Source of the DNA: Gemmatimonadota bacterium
GTDB taxonomy: Bacteria; Gemmatimonadota; Gemmatimonadetes; Palauibacterales; Palauibacteraceae
Direction: 5' to 3'
Assembly: GCA_963666735.1 (NCBI GenBank)
Contig: OY762926.1
Span: 1,440,001 to 1,504,000, forward strand
DNA length: 64,000 nucleotides
Shown: positions 58,582 to 64,000 of the stretch, piece after piece
Numbering within the stretch: the first letter of the stretch is position 1
Layout: every line of letters begins with the position of its first letter
Position numbers and translations under genes: made by a program
Notes under the pieces: model-generated
What the model saw: the letters and a program-made list of their open reading frames with translations, nothing else
What the model was told of the DNA's origin: nothing
Databases searched by the model: none

Positions 58582-59529
58582 TCAATCAGAACTCAACGAA
58601 CCCCCGCGGCCCTCGTTCCGGTCTGCCGCCGGGCCGGCGCCGGAACGGCGCTCGTGGAGAGCGGATCGCAGCATCGCGATCGCGGCGTAGAGGACGACGG
58701 CGACGACGAGCCAGCGCATGGCGTTCAGAGGAAGCGAGCGGACGATGAGAGCCGCAATCAGAACAGCCGGAATGCCTCCGATCGCCAAACCGAGGGCCGC
58801 ACGGAGCCCGTAACGCCCCGCCTTGAGGAAACGCAGGCCCGCGACCGGCATGAGGAAGGCGGACGCGCCCATCATGATCGGGAAGGCGACGGCCGGATTC
58901 AGCCCCATGAGACTGACGACGATCATCGTCGGGGCGTAGATCCCGATCCCGATCGTCATGAGCGCGCCGAGGACGAAGAGGCAGCCCGCCGCGAGGGCGA
59001 GCGACCCGCCCGACAGGCCCGACGCCTCCCCGCCCACGGCGGTGATCTCGAAGATCGCCATGAGGAAGGTGATGGCGGCGATGAGGAGCGCGACCCCCAT
59101 CCCGATCTGGATCCGGAAGCGGGGGAGCCGGGCCACGATCCCCGCGCCCAGCCATGCTCCCAGCACGGCGGCGGCGATGAGGACGAAGAGCGTCGTCGGC
59201 TGGACGCTGATGATCGCGATGAAGATGAAGGCCTGGATCACGACGGGGGGCGTGTGCCCGATCATCATCGTGCCGGGGATCTCCTCGTCGGGCACGACGT
59301 TCTTCAGCTTGAACAGCGACGTTGTCGGGGCGAAGGAGCCGATGCCGAGCGTGTCGAAGAAGTTCGTGCCGAAGCCGACCACGAGTTCGAACGCGTTGGG
59401 GCGGCCGCGCCAGCCGTCTCGCTCCCGCCCTGCCCGCGTGGCGGCGGCGGCGGCGCGCGCCCATGCGGCGAGAAGCCCGGCCGTGAGGAGCGCCAGGACG
59501 GTGAACAGGTAGAGGCGCGGATCGCTCAG
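58582..59529 (-). CDS. TauE/SafE family (sulfite exporter-like) membrane protein; probable CTG start
   Basis: TNFFDTLGIGSFAPT, IPGT, GIGIYAP and FPIMMG. The frame extends 49 codons upstream of GTG 59382, adding a TM helix, to a CTG overlapping the upstream TGA. Confidence 0.85.
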   Translation of the reverse strand: MSDPRLYLFTVLALLTAGLLAAWARAAAAATRAGRERDGWRGRPNAFELVVGFGTNFFDTLGIGSFAPTTSLFKLKNVVPDEEIPGTMMIGHTPPVVIQAFIFIAIISVQPTTLFVLIAAAVLGAWLGAGIVARLPRFRIQIGMGVALLIAAITFLMAIFEITAVGGEASGLSGGSLALAAGCLFVLGALMTIGIGIYAPTMIVVSLMGLNPAVAFPIMMGASAFLMPVAGLRFLKAGRYGLRAALGLAIGGIPAVLIAALIVRSLPLNAMRWLVVAVVLYAAIAMLRSALHERRSGAGPAADRNEGRGGSLSSD

Positions 59530-62500
59530 GGCGGTGGGTCCTCGGAGAGCGCCCGGTAGTAGGCCTCCACGAGTTCGCGGTATTCCTCGGGGACATCATC
59601 CGATCCGGAGAGGAAGAAGCGCTCGATCTGCGAACCCAGCTCGCGGCGGAGGGCGAACTCGAAGTCCTTCAGGCCCCGCAGCACGTCCGCCTGGAGCGCG
59701 GCGAGTTCCTCCGGATCGTCGAAGTCTCCCGCGGCCCGCAGGCGGTCGAGCCCGGCGATCGCGCGGTCGAGGTCGCCGACGTCGACGCCCTCCTGACGCA
59801 GTTCGTCGCGCAGGCGGCGCGCGTCCTGTCCCCGCTCGCGGAATTCCCGCTGGAACTGCCGGACATCTTCCGGCGAAAGCCGCGGTCCGCCGCCTCCGCC
59901 GCCCCCTCCGCCGGGCGCGAACCCCTGGCCGCCCCGCGGCGTCTGGCCGGGCTGCCCCGGCTGTCCGCCACGGCCTCCCTGGCCCTGGCCCTCGCCGCCT
60001 TGCTGGCCTTCGCCCCCTTGCTGGCCCTCGCCTTGCTGGCCCTGCGCGCCTTGCCGGCCCTGACTCTCCGGGCCGCCCTGGCCCTCCTGCTCGCCCTGGC
60101 CCTCCTGCTGACCCTGCCCCTGTCGCTCCTCCTGCCCCTGTTGCCCCTGTTGCCCCTGTTGCAGGCGTTCCTGGAGTGATTCGAGGCCGCGGACCAGGTC
60201 TCGCGTCTCGTCCAATTGCCGGCCGAGACGGCGGGGGTCCGACTCGCCCAGCGCGTCCCGCGCGGCCTGGACCCGGGCCCGCACGTTCTCCGCGTCCCGG
60301 GTGATCTGCTCCTCGAAGTTCCGCACGTAGTCCTCGGACTGGGTGCCGAGAACCCCTCGCGAGAAGAGGAGTTTGTCCCGCAGCCGGCTCTCGCGGATCT
60401 CGCCCGCGGCTTCTGCCAGGCGGCGGGCGGCGTCCGGCTGGTCCTGGCGGGCCTCGCGCGCCAGACGGTCCAGATCGGTCTCCAGCTGGTCGACCTCGCG
60501 CGCGAGTTCGGCCTTACGTTCCCGGAGTCCGGTCACGCGGTCCCGGTCTCCGCCCGTCGGATCCTCGTTTACGTCGCTCTGGAGTTCCCGCTGACGCTCC
60601 GCGATGCGCTCGGCCCGCCGGGCGGCGTCTTCGACTTCCCGTTCCACCGCCGCGACCTGACGGTTCTCCAGCAGGCGGCGCGCCTCGCGCAGCCGGTCGA
60701 GGGCGTTCGAGGCCTCCGCCTGCCCCTGCCCGCGGCGACCCTGCGCCTGCGCCCGCCGCATCTCGTCCGCCGCCTCCTGCAGCCGGCGCGCGGATTCCTC
60801 GACCTCCGCCCGGTCGTCCTCGCGAGCCAGGCGCTGCAGTTGCCGGGCCAACTCCTCGGTCTGCTCGATCATCTGCTGCTGCTGGCCCTGGCCTCCGCCG
60901 GCGGCGCCGCGCGGCTGCGCGGCCGCGCGTTCGTTCATCTGCTGCTGGCGCCTCGCGAGTTCCTCGAGCTTCTGCAGCGCCTCGTCGACCTCCTGGTCCT
61001 GCTGTTGCTGCTGGCCGCGCTGGACGGTCTCGTACTGGTTCCGCAGGCGGTCCAGTTCCAGTTCGAACAGATCCGCGAGTTCCTCGGCCCCCGCCCCGAC
61101 GCTCCCGGGCGTACCGCCGCCACCGCCGCCGCCCTGCTGCACCTGGACCTCGCGGAACGCGGCCTCGGCGCGCTGCAGGTGCTGGAGCGAGCGCTGCTCG
61201 GGCGCGAGCGCTTCCCGCAACCGGCGCTCTCCCAGCTTCGTCTCCGCCTCCAGCATCGCGGGCGGCGCCAGCGGGAGTTCGCGAAAAACCGTCTCGAGCG
61301 ACGGATCGCCCGCCACGCCCCGCTGCCGCATCTGGGCGATCAACTCCTCGACCTGCTGCCGCAGCCGCCCCTGCAGCAGCGTCAGGGTGGCCAGATTCTC
61401 CGACATCTCCTCGTCGTCGAAGTCGTTCTCGTCGCGCTCGAGGCGGAAGGTCGCGGCGACGATCTGGCGCTGCTGTTCGGACAGTTCGCCGCCCATGCCG
61501 GCCCCGCCGCCTCCGCCGCCGCCCCCTCCCCCGCCCTGCTCGGCCTGGCGGAAATTCCGGTCGAAGGGACGGATTTCGACGAAGTAGATGTCCGAGCTTT
61601 CGACCCCGCCGCCGGGGCCGCCGGAGCGCAAGTCCGTCGCGCGGGCGTAGTAGGAGACGACGTCGCCCGGATCGAGCCCGAACTCCTCCAGAAAGAAGGT
61701 GTGTCCGCCGGAGATCTGAGTGGTCCCGCCGCGGGCCGCGCCGTGGAGAACGCGGGACGATTCCTCACCGCCGTTCACCGAGTAGAGGAGCTCCACCCGC
61801 CCGAGCCCGAAGTCGTCCTCCGCCTCGACCTCCACGTACAGTTCCTCGATCGGCGAGAGGCGCGTGTCCCGTCCGGGCTCCGAAATCCGGACCCCGGGGG
61901 GCTGGTCGTCGAGCGGTTCGACGAGGTAGTCGGGGGAGCCGATGACGAAGCGGTTGCCCGGACCCATGAATTCGATGCGGTAGAAGGTCTCGCCGGTCAC
62001 CGTGAAGCTCGTCTCGAACGCGCCGTCCACGAGTTCGAGCGCCGCGCCCTCCTCCTCGCCGTCGAAGGCGAGCCGCGCCGCCTCCGTGGCTATCGTCGGC
62101 ATCACGCGAAGCCGGACCTCGGTCCCGCGCAGCACGGCGATGTCGCCGCCGTCCTCGACGGTCCGGTGGCTGAGCCCGGTGTAGGCGGGGAAGTGGTACT
62201 CGAGGTCGATCCGGTCCACGTAGGGCAGGTCCGCGACCTCGATGGTGAAGACGGGGGAGCGGACACCCTCGGAGCTCACCGTGTAGTCGGTGGGCTCGTC
62301 GAGGTCGAAGAGCAGGATCTCGAACGCGGCGCCCTCCGCGGCCGGCGTCATGAAGTAGCGTTCCCACACCTCCGACTCGCCGCGCCGCACGGCGACCTCC
62401 ACCTCGTCGGTCTCGAAGCCCTGCGGGAACGCGCGCACGAGTTGATCCGAGCCGCGAGCGATGAGCGCGTCTCCGGGCTCCACCGTGATCGCGTAGGGAT

Positions 62501-63086
62501 TGGCGGCGTCGGCGGTCTTCCAGGGGCTCAGGAGGAGCGAGCCCGCCGTGCCCTGGAAGGCGGGACCGAAGAGGGCGATGAGCAGCACGGCCGTGGCGAC
62601 GCCCGCGAACCAGGCGGTCGAACGGCGCAGCCGGTCGCGCTCGACGCGGCGTCCCCGGTCCACCCGGCGGGCGCGCCGGGCCGCGACCTCCAGCAGACGA
62701 GCGTCGAGGCCGGAGCGGGCGCCCGGCGACCCGGCACGCTCGATGGCCGCGAGGAACGCCGCCTTGAGCGACGGTTCATGCTCCTCCAGGTAGAGCGCGA
62801 CCTGCGCGTCCGAGACCCGGCGCAGGAGCGGACGCACCACGAACCAGGCGGCGAGACCCGCCGCGGCGACCCAGAGCAGGATGCGGAAGGCGAGGACCGC
62901 GCCGTCGTCGAAGCGCAGCCGGTCGATCCCGAAGGTCGCGATGAAGAAGACGGCGAAACCGATCCCCAGCGTCACGGCGACGCCCTGGATGAGCTGGCGC
63001 ACGCGCCACCGGCGTCTCACGCCGCGAACGATCTCGAGCAACTGGTGCTCCGTATTCCGCGTCTTCGCCCATCGCATCATCGTCAT
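59526..63086 (-). CDS. Large membrane-anchored coiled-coil protein (DUF4175-like)
   Basis: Three N-terminal TMs, Ig-like region (AEDDFGL, SYYARATD), long Q/E/R coiled coils and terminal VPEEYRELVEAYYRAL. Confidence 0.8.
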   Translation of the reverse strand: MTMMRWAKTRNTEHQLLEIVRGVRRRWRVRQLIQGVAVTLGIGFAVFFIATFGIDRLRFDDGAVLAFRILLWVAAAGLAAWFVVRPLLRRVSDAQVALYLEEHEPSLKAAFLAAIERAGSPGARSGLDARLLEVAARRARRVDRGRRVERDRLRRSTAWFAGVATAVLLIALFGPAFQGTAGSLLLSPWKTADAANPYAITVEPGDALIARGSDQLVRAFPQGFETDEVEVAVRRGESEVWERYFMTPAAEGAAFEILLFDLDEPTDYTVSSEGVRSPVFTIEVADLPYVDRIDLEYHFPAYTGLSHRTVEDGGDIAVLRGTEVRLRVMPTIATEAARLAFDGEEEGAALELVDGAFETSFTVTGETFYRIEFMGPGNRFVIGSPDYLVEPLDDQPPGVRISEPGRDTRLSPIEELYVEVEAEDDFGLGRVELLYSVNGGEESSRVLHGAARGGTTQISGGHTFFLEEFGLDPGDVVSYYARATDLRSGGPGGGVESSDIYFVEIRPFDRNFRQAEQGGGGGGGGGGGAGMGGELSEQQRQIVAATFRLERDENDFDDEEMSENLATLTLLQGRLRQQVEELIAQMRQRGVAGDPSLETVFRELPLAPPAMLEAETKLGERRLREALAPEQRSLQHLQRAEAAFREVQVQQGGGGGGGTPGSVGAGAEELADLFELELDRLRNQYETVQRGQQQQQDQEVDEALQKLEELARRQQQMNERAAAQPRGAAGGGQGQQQQMIEQTEELARQLQRLAREDDRAEVEESARRLQEAADEMRRAQAQGRRGQGQAEASNALDRLREARRLLENRQVAAVEREVEDAARRAERIAERQRELQSDVNEDPTGGDRDRVTGLRERKAELAREVDQLETDLDRLAREARQDQPDAARRLAEAAGEIRESRLRDKLLFSRGVLGTQSEDYVRNFEEQITRDAENVRARVQAARDALGESDPRRLGRQLDETRDLVRGLESLQERLQQGQQGQQGQEERQGQGQQEGQGEQEGQGGPESQGRQGAQGQQGEGQQGGEGQQGGEGQGQGGRGGQPGQPGQTPRGGQGFAPGGGGGGGGGPRLSPEDVRQFQREFRERGQDARRLRDELRQEGVDVGDLDRAIAGLDRLRAAGDFDDPEELAALQADVLRGLKDFEFALRRELGSQIERFFLSGSDDVPEEYRELVEAYYRALSEDPPP
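59880..60165 (-). repeat. Low-complexity G/Q-rich coding repeats (QGQ, QQGGEG units)
   Basis: Tandem CCCTGTTGC and CTGGCCCTCGCC-like units inside the DUF4175-like gene. Confidence 0.7.
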
Positions 63087-63092
63087 CCTCCT

Positions 63093-64000
63093 TCAGGCGC
63101 CCGCCAGCCCCGACACGGGGCGTTGGCGCGTCCAGCGGTTCGCCAGCACGCTCTCCGCGGCCAGCACGAGCCCCGCGAGCACCAGGAGCACCCACCAGAG
63201 CTCGGCCCGCCGCGGTACGGTCTCTTCGTCCGCCGCCGCGCCGTTCTCGCCGGTGGCTCCGGCCGCCGTCGGCGCGACGCCCGCCACGGCCTCCACAACG
63301 CGCTCGGTCGCCACCGGCGCCAGATCAGATTCGGTAATCGGAGGGTTCACCGCCACGGTAATCGCGCGGCCGGCGTCGTCCCGAAGGGCCACCTGGTAAA
63401 AGCCCGCGCGGGGAAACTCGATCCACGCCGGCCCTTCGCCGACATCCACCGGCTGACGGTCGCCGTCCGGATCCACCAGGACCCACTCGGCCTCGTCCCC
63501 GGCGAGCTCAGCGACGCCCGCTCCACCCGTTCCGACGAGCGCGGCAAGCTCGAGCACGCCCCCGGCTTCGATCCAGCGTTCCGGCTCCCGGTACCCGGTG
63601 GCGTGGAGCGCGAGCCGGTGCACGAAGGGCAGGAAGACCGGCTGCAGCGCGAGGTCGTTCCAGTAGCGGTCGAGGGTCGACGTCCAGACCAGCACGCGGC
63701 CCTCGCCCACCGAATGTTCGAACAGGGCGGGCTCGCCGCTGTCGAAGCGCGCCACCACCACCGCGCCCTCGCCGGGATCGAGGCTCCAGAAGCGGTCGAA
63801 GCGCGCGCCCGAGAAGTCTCCGCTGCGGGGACCGGAGAACAGCTCGAACACGGGGTGGTCGTAGTCGAGCGACGACAGCCGGCGGCCGTCCGCGGCGTCC
63901 ACGAGGGAGCCGGGGGCGGCGCCGAGCAGTTCCAGTCCGGCGTCGGACCACCGATTCATGCTCGCATCCCGTCCGAGGACGATGAGCAGGCCCCCGCCGT
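63093..64000 (-). CDS. C-terminal part of a BatA/VWA-associated membrane protein (runs off the window)
   Basis: Frame open to the window edge (GGGLLIVLG); GEGRVLVWT..D..WNDL...P.FLP, VN....ESDL and a terminal ELWW..TM..ES.L. Confidence 0.75.
   Translation of the reverse strand, partial: GGGLLIVLGRDASMNRWSDAGLELLGAAPGSLVDAADGRRLSSLDYDHPVFELFSGPRSGDFSGARFDRFWSLDPGEGAVVVARFDSGEPALFEHSVGEGRVLVWTSTLDRYWNDLALQPVFLPFVHRLALHATGYREPERWIEAGGVLELAALVGTGGAGVAELAGDEAEWVLVDPDGDRQPVDVGEGPAWIEFPRAGFYQVALRDDAGRAITVAVNPPITESDLAPVATERVVEAVAGVAPTAAGATGENGAAADEETVPRRAELWWVLLVLAGLVLAAESVLANRWTRQRPVSGLAGA

Noticed and set aside
59880..60165. CRISPR-like or VNTR element
   Set aside because: The repeats are in-frame Gly/Gln codon runs without unique spacers, and no cas genes are present.

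Overview
A very GC-rich, densely coding bacterial window with about 60 genes. I found no rRNA, tRNA, CRISPR array or transposase. The gene families (choice-of-anchor B/LVIVD proteins, 6-bladed beta-propeller lipoproteins, a barrel-less TonB-plug protein, a GWxTD-like protein) suggest Gemmatimonadota, which is an inference only. Housekeeping blocks are fur/perR-speB, nrnA-coaE-iscA-PHP, cobB, mntR, asnB, ccmEFGH and acnA, plus the 3' end of a probable BatA/DUF4175-type operon. A minus-strand catabolic cluster (Mo-hydroxylase S-L-M, MatB-like CoA ligase, cyclase-family hydrolase, serine hydrolase, amidase, M20 hydrolase) resembles a barbiturase-free oxidative route from a pyrimidine or other heterocycle to malonate. 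Five small toxin-antitoxin or defence-like inserts are scattered through the window, and three have lost the 5' part of their first gene. The strongest candidates for undescribed biology are: (i) a coupled operon of a Tat-exported binding protein, an output-less HAMP membrane sensor and an OFA-family MFS transporter; (ii) the catabolic cluster; (iii) a Cys-less MqsA-like ribbon fused to tandem RHH domains, behind a toxin remnant; (iv) a HEPN gene with an unclassified small partner; (v) a recurring 16-bp palindrome CGTTCCCGCGGGAACG (parS-like); (vi) two genes that appear to start at CTG in CTGA stop/start overlaps. All family calls come from motif recognition by eye; no database searches were run.
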